Assembly: GCA_976551045.1 (NCBI GenBank)
Contig: CDPCPM010000979.1
Span: forward strand, 992,001-1,056,000
Reading direction: 5' to 3'
DNA from: Glaucostegus cemiculus
Lineage: Eukaryota
DNA length: 64,000 nt
The notes under the pieces were generated by a model, which saw nothing but the letters and a program-made list of their open reading frames with translations, was not told where the DNA came from and searched no databases. Positions 49,486-61,908 of this stretch are shown here, in pieces; the first letter of the stretch is position 1; each line of letters begins with the position of its first letter. Made by a program: the position numbers and the translations under genes.

Positions 49486-50410
49486 GGTCATAGAGCACTG
49501 CAGCACAGAAACAGGCCCTTCAGCCCATCTAGTCCAGGCTGACCTGATATTCTTTCTAGTCCCATCTACCTGCACCCATACCAGATCCCTCCAAAGCCTT
49601 CCCATCCATGTCCCTATCCAAACTTCTCTTAAATATTTCAGTTGAACCCACATCCACTTCTACTGGTGGCTCGTTCCAGACTCACACCATCCTGTAAGTG
49701 AAAAAGTTCTCCTTCGGATATTTCAGCTTTCACCCTACACCTATGTCCTCTAGTTCTTGTTTCTCCCAACCTTAGGGAAAAAGCCGGCTTGCATTCACCC
49801 TATTTACTCCCCTCATCTTGTACACCTCTAAAATTTCCCCTCATTCTCCTGCGCTCCAGGGAGTAAAGTCCCAACCTATTCAACCTTTCCCTATAACTCA
49901 GGTCCTCAAGTCCTGGCAACATCTGTGTAAATTTTCTCTGCACTCTTTGAAGTTTATTGATATCTTCCTAGTAGGTAGGTTACCAGAGCTGCACACAATA
50001 CTCAAACGCAGGCACAGTAGTGTAGCAGTCAGCGTAACGCTATTACAGCACCAGCGACCCGGGTTCAATTCCGGCCACTGTCTGTAAGGAGTTTGTATGT
50101 TCTCCCTGTGTCTGCGTGGGTTTCCTCCGGATGCTCCAGTTTCCTTCCACACACATACGGGTTAGGAAGTTGTGGGCATGCTCTGTTGGCGCCTGAAACG
50201 TGGCAACACTTGCGGGCTGCCCCAGGAACACTACACAAAAGATGTGTTTCACTTGGTGTTTTGATGTACATGTGAATAATAAAGATATCTCATCTTATGT
50301 CACCTCACCAACGTCTGATACAACTTCAGCATAACTTCCAAACTCCTGTACTCAATGCCCTGATTTATGAAGGTCAATGTGCTAAAAGTTCTCTTTACAA
50401 CCTGCCCTGC
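49486..50410 (-). mobile_element. CR1 3' part, interrupted by a SINE
   Basis: CR1 3' UTR (gggctgaagggcctgtttctgtgctgcag) and ORF C-terminus. The sequence resumes after the SINE at cctcaccaacgtc. Confidence 0.88.
50008..50297 (+). mobile_element. V-SINE with Rex1-like tail
   Basis: B box GGTTCAATTCC, V core gcgtgggtttcctccggatgctccagtttccttccaca, and tail tttcacttgg...gatgtacatgtgaataataaagatatctcatctt. Confidence 0.9.
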
Positions 50411-50414
50411 CTAC

Positions 50415-50640
50415 CTAAGGGGCTGTTCCTCCAGTTTGCATTTGGCGTCACGATGGAGTGGAGGATAGACAGGACCGTGTGGGAAAGGGGAGGAGAAATA
50501 AAATGTCCCACAAGTCCAGAGGGCCATGGTGGACAAAGCAGTCGCCTAGTCTGCACTTGGTCTCCCCGGTGCAGTGGCGGCCACATTGAGAGCACCAAAT
50601 GCAATAGACAAGAATGGAGGAGGTGCATGTGAATCTCTGC
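50415..50640 (-). mobile_element. Penelope-like GIY-YIG relic
   Basis: The minus strand reads FTCTSSILVYCIWCSQCGRHCTGETKCRLGDC, the same family as 34679-35010. Confidence 0.75.
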
Positions 50641-50769
50641 TCCCTGCAGTATCGGGGAGGGGAGGGGACGGATGGGTGAACCAGGGCAATTCAGGATTAA
50701 TGAGGCAATCTAATGTTTACAGGGCTATCTGGTTATTAGATTACTGGGTTTGGGTGACTGCCTTTTTCT

Positions 50770-51520
50770 AAATAGAAAAGTTCTGCAGTAAGGTTCTCCA
50801 TCCAAAATATTAACCAGGTTTTCTGTCTCGACAGGCACTGCCTGTGAGTCTGCCACTCCACTTCCAGCATTCTCCTTCTGGTTTCAGGTCTGACAACAGA
50901 TCAGGTCTGCATTTCACAGATTTACAGGTCCCTTTGCTTGGTTTCTCTCCCTCTGGTTGCCCTCATGAAGCCAGTGAGGAAATAGCTCTGTAAACTTTGG
51001 AATGGTCCTGGAACCCTGGCTTCGCCCTGTCCGAGAGATTCCCTTTGTCCTGTTCTTCCCTCAGCCACCTCGTCTGCAACTTGAAACTAACTTGCTTTAG
51101 AGGAATTCAACCAGGTCAGGCAGCGTCGGTGAAGAGAAGTGGACAGTCAATGTTTCATGCTGAGACAGGTCGACTCTCTATTTCCCTCCACAGATGCTGC
51201 CTGACCTGCTGAGTTCCTCCAGCAGTTTGGTTTTTTTTGCAATGTCCAGATGAAGGGTCTCGACCTAAAGTGTTGACTGTGCATTTCCCTCCACAGATGC
51301 TGTCTGACCTATTGAGTTTCTCGAGCAGTTTGCTTTTTGCTACAGATTCCAGCATCTGCAGTCTCTTGTCTCTTTTCTCTTTGCTTTCTCACTTTCTGTT
51401 CTTGTGAAGGATCTGTGACCTGAAATGTTAACTCAATTTCTCTTTCCATGCATGTTGTCTGCCCTGCTGAGTGTCTTGAGCATTTCCTGGTTTTATTTCT
51501 GATTTCTAGCATCCGACTTT
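50770..51520. repeat. Cluster of Penelope-type terminal repeats in tandem and inverted orientation
   Basis: Repeated ccacagatgctg(c/t)ctgacct...gag...cagca...ttccagcatctgcag units. Hammerhead-like segments occur at ~51245-51278 and ~51400-51432. Confidence 0.65.
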
Positions 51521-52079
51521 CAATCTCTTTTAACTCTTTATAATCTCTCTGCACTAAGGAGAGCTGAGCTCTGTCTCTCCAGATAACTGAGGTTCCTTAT
51601 CTCTCGTGCCATTGTAAATCTCTACTATACCATCCCAAAGCCTAGACTTACTTCCTAGGGGGGTGGTTGATCAGAATTGAATTCAAGTTTTCTGAAGTGT
51701 TCTGGTAATTTTAAGTACATAAAAGACATATGTTTAAAATGTGAATCAATTTTCCCTGTTGTAGGATGTACCTAACATTTATAGAAGCTCTGCGGTGAAT
51801 GACCTACAAATTTCAATGAGCCAAGTCAAAGTCAACTTCACTCATTCTGCATCTTTGAAGCATCTTCCCAAATCCCCTCACTTTTACTGAGTCTCCTTCC
51901 AATCAGCTTCCACATTGCCCCAGCGGATGGTCAGTGTTGTAACCATGGTGCCTTCATTGAGCTTCCAGTGGTGTTGCACTCTGGAGGAGGAAGGGCATTT
52001 GAAGGCAGAAACGTTTAAGATCACCTTAAAGTGAGAAAGCAATGAGAAGAGAGATTTCAAACATGCAATTCTTCAAGCT

Positions 52080-52700
52080 GGTCTGATTGGACCCTTAAGT
52101 CTGCATTCCATCCAACTTGTGGTAATAATTCACCTCTTGCTTTTCAGATTTCTGTCTGCTTCTGGCTTAAAAAATATTCAAACACTCTGCTTTCTACAAC
52201 CTTTGCTGAAGAGTTCCAAAGACTCACAGAAAAATTCACCTCATCTCCGTCTTAAATGGGTAAACCCTTATTTTAAACAGTTCTATTTCCCCCATACAAA
52301 GAAACACCCTCTCCACATCCACACTGTGAAGAATCCTCAGGACCTTATGTATTTCAATTAAAACCCCTCTCGTTCTTCTAAATTCTAGTAGATGAAAATC
52401 TACCCTGTCCAACCTTTCCTCATTTGAAGATCCACCTCAGGTATTAGCCGAGTAAGCCTCCTCACAACTACTTCTAACGCATTAACATCCTTCTTTTAAT
52501 AAAGTGACCTATACTTAACACAGTCCAGATGTGGTTCAACCAAACCCTTCAGTGACATCATCCATCATTTACATAAAAGATCTGGGGACACCTTATCAAA
52601 TGCTTTCTGGAAATCCAGGTATATTCTCCTGTATCCACAAAACATGGTAGTTTCTCAAAGAACCCCTGTAAATTGGCCAAAAAATGATTTGCCTTTCACA
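52080..52700 (-). mobile_element. Degenerate CR1 fragment
   Basis: The minus strand has YLDFQKAFDKVS (near 52590-52625), RRTRGVLIEIHKV and a CR1 3' region. Confidence 0.6.
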
Positions 52701-53309
52701 AAAGTAGACTATCCTTGCTTGATTATAGGTACCAGCAGGGATGTGGTGAAAGCGCATTTAACTGTAGTACTCAAAAGGGAACATAGGTATTTGGAAGGAA
52801 GAATTTGCGGGGCTGTAGGGAGTGTGCAGGAGAATGCGAGTCCTCTTACATAACATCGGTATAGATCTGATCAGCAGGATGCTCTCCTTCTGTGCTATAA
52901 CCATTTTGTGATACAAAGAGGCTGCAAAAGAGATACAGACTGGTTAAAGTTTAGTGTAAGCTAATTGCACAAAATCATGAAAATACATGGACTTTGGCAG
53001 GAATAATAGAAAATAGAATATGTCATAAAAGGTAGTTCCAGGAAATATTGCTCTTCAAGGGGATCTGAGAGTGTGTACCTGAACTACAGAAAGTTAGCAT
53101 GTTGGTGCAGCAAACAGTCTGGAAAGCAAATGTCATGCTTGTCGTATGGACATCTGCTACAGCATCGACAGCTCTGGCTGGTGTAAACAAGATCAGTTGC
53201 TCCTTCTACATTTCTGCTGCTTACAGTCAACCAGGGCTTCACTTGTTACAATTTCTGCCCACAAATGCCTTAATGAAGTTTGTTAAGTTCTGTCCACTAC
53301 TCAAGCGGC

Positions 53310-53640
53310 AAATCAAGTCAAGTAGAATTATTGTCATGTGCACAAGTAGCGAGGTACAGGTACAATGAAAAACTTGCTTGCAGTAGTGTTGCAGGCACAT
53401 AGATTTAGACAATATAAACTGTATATAAATCATACGAGACAGTGAAGAAAAAGGCTGTGCAAAACAAGACACATGTGCAAAAAACAATCAATGAAAAGTC
53501 CATGGTAGTGCAAGAGGTGATCCAAGGTGTTCTGTTGCTGAGGTAGGATTCGGGCTGTGCAGGTCAGTTCAAGAACCTGATGACTGTAGGAAAGTATCTG
53601 TTCCTGAACCTGGTGGTGTGGGACTTCAGGCTTCTGTAGC
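53310..53640 (-). mobile_element. Rex1 3' end with (CTTGA)n tail
   Basis: The minus strand encodes YRSLKSHTTRFRNRYFP, the same subfamily as 209-815. Tail aatcaagtcaag on +. Confidence 0.8.
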
Positions 53641-54344
53641 AGCAACCATTATTTTCCATTGTACAATCTCTACTACAATCTATGCTAACTCTTAGAACGT
53701 GGTGATTCTATTCTGGTCATTCAGAAAATAACCTTAAATGGCTGCTACAGCAGTGCAAACCTCAGCTTTTAACCAGAGCTCCCAGATATGGGAATACTGA
53801 ATGTGCTCCAAAGCAAAAATGTCACGTGAAACTGGCCACATGATCAGTATTGTGGATGAATTACTGCATACAATTCCTTTCCTGAAAACATGATCCATAA
53901 GCTTTGCATTCCTGAACATGCATAAAAAGGGGAAAGTACACCAATTCAATCCACTTTCCACAGACTGAGATAAATTGACGCCCCAAAGTAAAAATAATGG
54001 CAAAGTAGGTGTGTATCTGCCTTGTAAAACAGTGATGGGGGAAACAGTGCTTTACATTTAACAATTAATACAACAACAAAAGGAAAAGAAAACTCAAGAT
54101 ATTGAGCAACAAGACTGCATTTGAGGGAAGAAATCACTCTTAATAGCCTTTATCAGAACAAAGATGCAATAAAAGAGAGCATCAACCAAAAATCAGACCT
54201 GCAGGAATTTGAACAAAGATAAGTTAAGAGTAATTGAAAAATGAAGAAAAACAAATTGAGATTGAAATATGCAAATACATAGATAATTAAATGTGGTTCT
54301 GATAATAATGCTGCAAAGCTTTACTTTTTTCACAATGCAAATGT

Positions 54345-56369
54345 TTTTTTTCAATCTTTTTATTGATAACAAATCATTACAGGTTAAGATATATAACAAC
54401 AATGTTTACACATGTATTATAAAAGTATCAAGTAAATCATAGGTAATCATAAAAAAAAAGCAATAAAGAATGATGTATATAAAAGAAATAGTTCCAACAA
54501 TCTCTCGGTTCATAAGTGTAATGTAAAAGATAAAAAAGAAAAAGATTTGTTATATAATTAGAAGAAAAAACAAAAAAAAACCCAAATCAATTTTTTTTAA
54601 AATTTTTTAAAAAATCATAATAATATAGAGTAAATTAAACCAAAAATGAATTTTAAAAAAAGGGGGGAAAAAAACAAAACAAGGAGAAAAAAAACTGGGC
54701 TAAAATTCAATAGAAATAGAACAATATAATGTCGTCAGCTCCGTTTCTCTAAATTTAAAAAAAAAGTTATAGAAGCGGAAACTACATCGTATGAAAGTAT
54801 TGAATAAATGGACTCCAAATATCTTCAAATTTAAGCGAAGAATCAACAGTACCACTCCTAATTTTTTCCAAATTAAGACATGATATAGTTTGAAAGAACC
54901 ATTGAAAGGTGGTAGGGGGTATTGGATCCTTCCATTTAAGCAGGATGGCTCGTTTGGCCATCAATGTAACAAAAGCAATCATACGATTAGCAGAAGCAGG
55001 TAAATGGCCAGACTTTATCCATGGTAATCCAAAAATTGCAGTAATAGGGTGAGGTTGTAAATCGATCTTCAATACATCTGAAATAATATTAAAAATGTCT
55101 TTCCAATATTTTTCCAAATAAGGACAAGACCAGAACATATGTGACAAAGAAGCCATGTTTGATTTACATCTGTCACATATAGGGTTTATACGATCATAAA
55201 AACAAGCTAGCTTATCTTTGGACATATAGGCCCTGTGCACAACTTTAAACTGTATCAATGAGTGTCTGGCACACATTGAGGATGTATTAACTAAATGAAG
55301 AAATTTCTTCCAAGTCTCTATAGAAATCTGGAGTTCAATTTCCCAATCATTTTTAATTTTGTCCAGTGAATCTGCTCGTATTTTCATAATTAAATCATAA
55401 ATTATTGCTGTCAAGCCCTTCTGATGTGGATTAAAACCTAAAATTTTATCAATAATTTCATCTTTATAAAGAAATGGAAAGGAAGGTATAGTAGCTTTTA
55501 AAAAATTTCTAATCTGCAAATATCGAAAAAAATGTGATCTAGGTAAATTATATTTATTAGACAGCTGTTCAAAAGATGCAAAACAGTTATCAATGAATAG
55601 ATCACGAAAGCATACTATTCCCTTCCTTTTCCATAAAGAAAAAGCTGTATCTAGTCTAGATGGTTGAAAAAAAATTAGATTGTATAGGACTTGACAAAAC
55701 AAATTTAGTCAATCCAAAGAATTTACGAAATTGAAACCATATTCGTAAAGTATGTTTAATGATTGGGTTAGTCATATATTTACTTAATTTGGTAAGTGCA
55801 AAAGGAAGTGAAGCTCCTAAAATAGAGAATAACGAAAATTCAAGTGTTGATTGATACTCAAGGTGTACCCATTTAGGGCATTGAATAACATTTAAGTCTT
55901 GTGTCCAAAAAATTAAATATCTGATGTTGATTGCCCAATAATATAATCTAAAATTAGGCAAGGCCATACCACCATCCTTTTTCAATTTTTGTAAATATTT
56001 CTTACTTAGTCTTGGATTCTTGTTCTGTCAAATATATGAAAGAATTTTAGAATCAACCTTGTCAAAAAAAGACTTTGGGATAAAAATTGGAATCGCTTGA
56101 AATAAATACAAAAATTTTGGTAAGATATTCATCTTAATTGCATTAATTCAGCCTACCAATGATAAAGACATTGGAGACCATTTAGTAAGCGATTGTTTAA
56201 CTTGGTCAAATAAAGGTAAAAAATTAGCTTTAAATAAATCCTTATGTTTATTAGTAATTTTAACACCTAAATACATAAAATAATCAGTTACCAATTTAAA
56301 GGGTAACTGGCTATAAATTGAGGTTTTCATATTCAGTGGAAAAAGTTCACTCTTATTAAAATTTAGTTG
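54345..56369 (-). mobile_element. L1-clade LINE, 5'-truncated ~2 kb, with poly(A) and 11-bp TSD
   Basis: ORF2 fragments: KLNFNKSELF...YLGVKIT, MNILPKFLYLFQ, KKDGGMALPNFRLYYWA and the C-terminal CDRC...HMFWSC knuckle (ORF 54782..55702). AATAAA and an A-run at ~54345-54365. AATGCAAATGT is duplicated at 54334-54344 and 56370-56380. Confidence 0.93.
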
Positions 56370-57672
56370 AATGCAAATGTATTAAGATTAGCCAATCAGA
56401 AATCAGTGTATTTTGTATGTAAATTTTACTTATAAGTTAGATTCCTGTATCTATTTCACATTTAGTCAGAATTTTGCACAATGATCAGAATCCACTGAAT
56501 ATCCCAGCACAGGTACAACCTCTTGCAGGATATCACAAAGCACTGATGATGATTTTACTTCTCAGACTAATAGTTAATTATAAGTTAATTATTTTAACAA
56601 TTTTGCTGAGTGAAATTTGAACAAGACACCAAGAAAATGTCTTTCCTTTCAAGCATTATAAAAAGTCCAATGAAATCTAAGATTTCCCATTTGTTAGGCA
56701 AAGGGTCATTGGTTCAAGTCCAGTTTGAGATTGTATCTGTGGAGGATGTAATAAGATCCTTAGATAACACTTGATAAGAGTTGATCAATATATAAGTAGT
56801 TATTTTTCCTCAGTAACCTTTATACATACAACAGGAATCTGCAATCATTTGTCCATAGCCATTCTCCAAGGCTTAACTGTTCAAGACCAGAACTGTTTGC
56901 TTCTGTTGTATGTGTACACATGTCCGTTTTTTGCAACCACATTCCCGAGTCATAAAAGGAATAATGAGACTAAGGAAATAGTTCTAAAATACTGAGTAAA
57001 GAATAAGAGAAGTCTGACATTATTGGCTTATTCTGAAATTGAGTTTGTTTTCCCTTACCCTGTGGACAGTGATTTGGATCTGCCTGCTCAGCAGGAGGCT
57101 GCTCAACTTATCCCCTTTGCTTTAGAAGTGGAGAGGGCATCATGTTTACCAGCAGTGGGTACTAAATGCATCAACTAACAGAAATCATTCAGCCCAGGCT
57201 GAGGCAGTCCTCCACCTTGGTTAAGTATTGACTTCCAGACTGTAAATATTTCACCTGAGGCAGGGCCTTGGAAATACTAACAGTTTCCAACAAATACAAA
57301 TATTTTTTGCTTTCCTTTTAAATTAGTTTAAGATTCTCCATAATGCATACTAGAATCAACTCAAAGATATTCTTCTCTTTACATTTTGCTTCATCTTCAG
57401 CTTGGAATAGTTCAGCAATCTCCCAACTAATTTGTTCTTTATTTCTTGCTTTTTGTTATTGTGTCACAATTATTTTATGTGCATTCACACATCAGGCATT
57501 AAGCATAATTCTGTACTATTAACGCCAACTCACAACCTAAGATCAGTTAAAAGCATCAATAAAATTTTAATCCAGGATTAACATTAAGGCATAATTTGGT
57601 ACAGAGTTAAATCTCAGATGACATAGTACTTCAAATTCCAGCTTAAATGTTATGAAATTTAGTTTCTAGGCT

Positions 57673-58629
57673 TAGAACATAGAAAAACCACAGCACAAAT
57701 CAGGCCTTTCGGCCCACAAAGCTGTGCTGAATATGTCCCTACACTAGAAGTTACTGACCATTCCCATAGCCCCCTATCTTACTTAGCTCCATGTACCTAT
57801 CTAACAGTCCTTTGAAAGACCCTATCGTATCCGCTTCCGCCTCCACCACTGCTTCCGGCAGCCCATTCCACGCCCTCACCACTCTCTGAGTAAAAAACTT
57901 TCCCCTGACATCTCCTCTATATCTACTCCCCAGCACCTTAAACCTGTGTCCTCTTGTGGCCACCATTTTAGCCCTGGTGAAAAGCCTCTGACTATCTACC
58001 CGATCAATACCTCTCATCATCTTATACATCTCTATTAGGTCCCCCCTCATCCTCCTTCTCTCCAAGGAGAAAAGGCTGAGTTCCCACAACCTGCTCTCAT
58101 AAGGCATGCTCCTCATTCCAGGCAGCATCCTCGTAAACATCCTCTGCACCCTCTCTACAGCTTCCTCATCTTTCCTGTAGTGAGGTGACCAGAACTGAGC
58201 ACAATACTCCAAGTGGGGTCTGACCAGGGACCTATATAACTGAAGCAATACCTCCCTACTCCTAAATTCAATCCCTCAACCGATGAAGGACAATACACCA
58301 TACGCCTTCTTATCCACAGAGTCAACCTGCGCAGCCGGCTTGAGCGTCCTATGGACTCGGACCCCAAGATCCCTCTGATCCTCCACACTACCAAGAGTCT
58401 TACCATTAATTCTATATTCCGCCAACATATTTGACCTACCAAAATGAACCACTTCACACTTATCTGGGTTGAACTGCATCTGCCACTTCTCAGCCCAACT
58501 CTGCATCCTATCTTTGTCCCTCTGTAGCCTCTGACAGCCCTCCAAACTATCCACAACTCCCCCAACCTGTGTGTCATCAGCAAACTTACTAACCCACCCC
58601 TCCACTTCCTCATCCAGGTCATTTATAAA
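57673..58629 (-). mobile_element. CR1 LINE 3' part, relatively young
   Basis: ORFs 58276..58683 and 57751..58248: INDLD...SKFADDTQVGG...LVRPHLEYCAQFWSP...KFFTQRVVRAWN. 3' tail ttctatgttcta. Confidence 0.93.
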
Positions 58630-61600
58630 GTGGGGAGCAATTAAAATAAACTGAGATATGGCAAGTGTGGTAAAGTCCAACAAGTAGACTAAAGTCCTTT
58701 AGTCCTGCAGTGAAGGTAATTTCTCATCACACCCTGACCAACTCCAGTTGCATATTAACTAGTTGCCTTTAAATTCCCTTAAAAAAAATCCTTAAAATAT
58801 CACTGCCAAGGTGATCTTGGTAAAATAACAATTTTTATTTTTATTTTCCTGTAGTTTAAGAACATGATATTTAATAGATTCAGAACACTGTACCCTGTGT
58901 ATTATTTAGGTGAGATGAAGAATGTTGCAGCTATGTGTAAGGTCAGAGAAATTCAGCCCCTGGTTGTGAAGAGACATTTACAAAATCCCAAGCTCAAAAC
59001 AGACTTGGGACACCAGCTCATAGTTAAGCCCCTGATAAATTTAGAGTTCCAGAGAAAAGATTTGCAGTTTTGACACTAAGCCATTGGTCTAGAAATTCTA
59101 TCATGTAGTGCAATATTTCTGTGCACTAAGGGATATAATTTCTGTGCAATAATATGCAGGATAGAACATCAGGAACTGACCACATACTCTGCAAAGTCTG
59201 TGATTTCTTCAGGGTTATCACTATGTCTGAGACATTAATGCAGGCAGCTCCAAGACCTGTGCAGCGATATCTCATGCATACTTGCACACCATCTCCCTCA
59301 TTTTTGTCCATCCTGTAAAAAGCACGCACATTTCTTGCAGAAGCTAGTCTTCACAGTACATGGAGATGGTTGCTGAGAACATTCTCCTGCTCTTCATTAG
59401 GTTAAGTAGTTATGGTTTTCCTTTGGGATTCCGACACACTGTATACACCACCTCCCCACTATGCCCCCTCCACGTGTAGCCCCTGATCCATAATCATTGG
59501 TCATGATCCACAGACTGTGCCTTTCATTCAAGAGATTAGTTCTCACCTCTTAAACCAAGTCAACTCCCTCAGTGCCCCAACACCTCTGCCCCATGCCCCA
59601 GCTCAACCCTAAATGTCATGATCCTGCTGATCATAGAGTCATAGGGCACTACAGCACAGAAACAGGCCCTTCAGCCTATCTAGTTCATGCAGGCCTAGTT
59701 TACTGCCTAGTCCCATCTACCTACACCCGGACCATATCCCTCCAAACCCCTCCCATCCACAGACCTATCCAAACTTCTCAAATATTACAATTGAATCCGC
59801 ATTCACCACTTCCACTGGCAGCTCGTTCCACACTCGCACCTCCCTCTGAGTGGTGAAGTTCCCCCTCAGACATTTTACCTATCACCCTAAACCTATGTCC
59901 TCTAGCTCTAGTCTCACCCAACCTCTGGGGAAAAGCCCGCATGGGTTCACCTTATCTATACCCTCATAATGTTGTACACCTCTATAAGATCTCCCCTCAT
60001 TCTCCTGCGTTCTAGGGAATTAAGTTCTAACCTATTTAATCTTTCCCTGTAACTCAGGTCCTCAAGTCCTGGCAACATATGTGTAAATTTTCTCTGCACT
60101 CTTTCAGGCTTATTGATATCTTTCCTGTAGGTAGGTGACCAGAACTGCACACAATACTCTAAATCTGGCCTCACCAACATCTTCTATAACTTCAACATAA
60201 CATCCCAACTCCTGTACTCAGTGCCCTGATTTATGAAGGCCAATGTGCTAAAAGCTCTCTTTACAACCTGATCTACCTGTGAGGTCACTTTCAAGGAAAT
60301 ATTGATCTGTATTCCGAGGTCCCTTTGTTCTACCACACACCTCAGAGCCCTACCATTCACTGTGCAAGTCTTACCCTGGTTTGTCCTCCCACAGTGCATC
60401 ACTTCACACTTGTCTGCATTAAATTTCATCTGCCATTTTTCAGCCCATTTCCCAGATGGTAAAGATCATTTTGCAAACTTTGATAGCCTTTCTCGCTGTC
60501 CACTACGCCCCCAATCTTGGTGTCATCTGCAAATTTGCTCATCCAGTTTACCACATTATCATCTAAATCATTAATATAGATGAGAAACAACAACAGACCC
60601 AGCACTGATCCCTGTGGCACACCACTAGTCACAGGCCTCTGGTCAGAGAGACAACCATCTACTACCACTCTCTGGCTTCTCCTGCTAAGTCAATGTTGAA
60701 TCCAATTGACTACTTCATCCTTAATGCCAAGTGACTTCACCTTCTGGAGCAGCCTCCCATGCGGGACTTTGTCAAAGGCCTTGCTAAAGTCCATGTAGAC
60801 AACATCCACAACATCCCTTCATCAACTTTCTTGGTAACCTCCTCAAAAATCTCAATAAGATTTCTTTGACATGACCTGCCATGCACAAAGCTATGCTGAC
60901 TATCCCTAATCAGTCCCTATCTAGCCAAATACTTATATATTCTGTCCCTCAGAATACCTTCCAATAATTTACCCAAGATTGATACAAGGTTCACCAGCCT
61001 ATAATTTCCCGACATTCTTAGATCCTTTCTTGAACAACATTAGCTATCCTCCAGTCCTCCGGCACCTCACCTGTGGCCAAGGACATTTAAAATATCTCTG
61101 CCAGGGCCCCTGCAATTTCTGACCTAGCCTTCCACAAGGTCTGAGGGGGACACCTTGTCAGGCGCTGGGGATTTATTCAGCTTCATTCACCTCAAGACAG
61201 CCAGCACCTCCTCTTCCATAATCTGGATACAGTCCATGACCACACTACTCATTTGCCTCACTTCTAGGCTCTGTGTCCATCTCCCAAGTAAATACAGACA
61301 AAAAAAATCCATTGAAGATCTCCCCCATCTCTTTCAGCTCCACGCGTAGATGACCACGCTGATCTTCAAGAGGACCAATTTTGTCCCTTGCTATCCTTTT
61401 GCTCTTAATATAGCTATAGAAACCCCTGGGATTCTCTTTCACCCTGTCTGCCAGAGTAACCTCATGTCCTCTTTTTGGACCTCTACGTATTGATAGATGA
61501 AGCTTTCCTGAACACATTTGACAAACTCTATCCCATCCAGTCCTTTTACAGCACGGGCATCCCAGTCAACATGTGGAAAGTTAAAATCATTTACAATCAC

Positions 61601-61908
61601 AACTTTATAATTCCTCAACTGTCTGCTCGTTCTCTACAAATTTGCTCCTCTAAATCCCGCTGACTATTAGGAGGTCTAAAATATGGTCCCATTAATGTTG
61701 TCGTCCCTTTTTTATTCCTCAGTTCCACCCAAATTGCCACAGTAGATGAGACCTCCAGTGTGTCCTCTCTGAGCACTACCGTGACATTTTCCCTGATGAT
61801 TAATGCCACCCCTCCCCCTTTAATATCTCCCCCTCTATCATTTCTAAAACAACAGAACCCCAGAACATTGAGCTGTCAGTCCTACCCCTCCTGCAATCAA
61901 GTGTCACT

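Noticed and set aside
58855-58909. Plus-strand candidate exon with a strong acceptor (FKNMIFNRFRTLYPVYYL)
   Set aside because: It is isolated in AT-rich sequence, unrecognised, and cannot be supported without transcript data.
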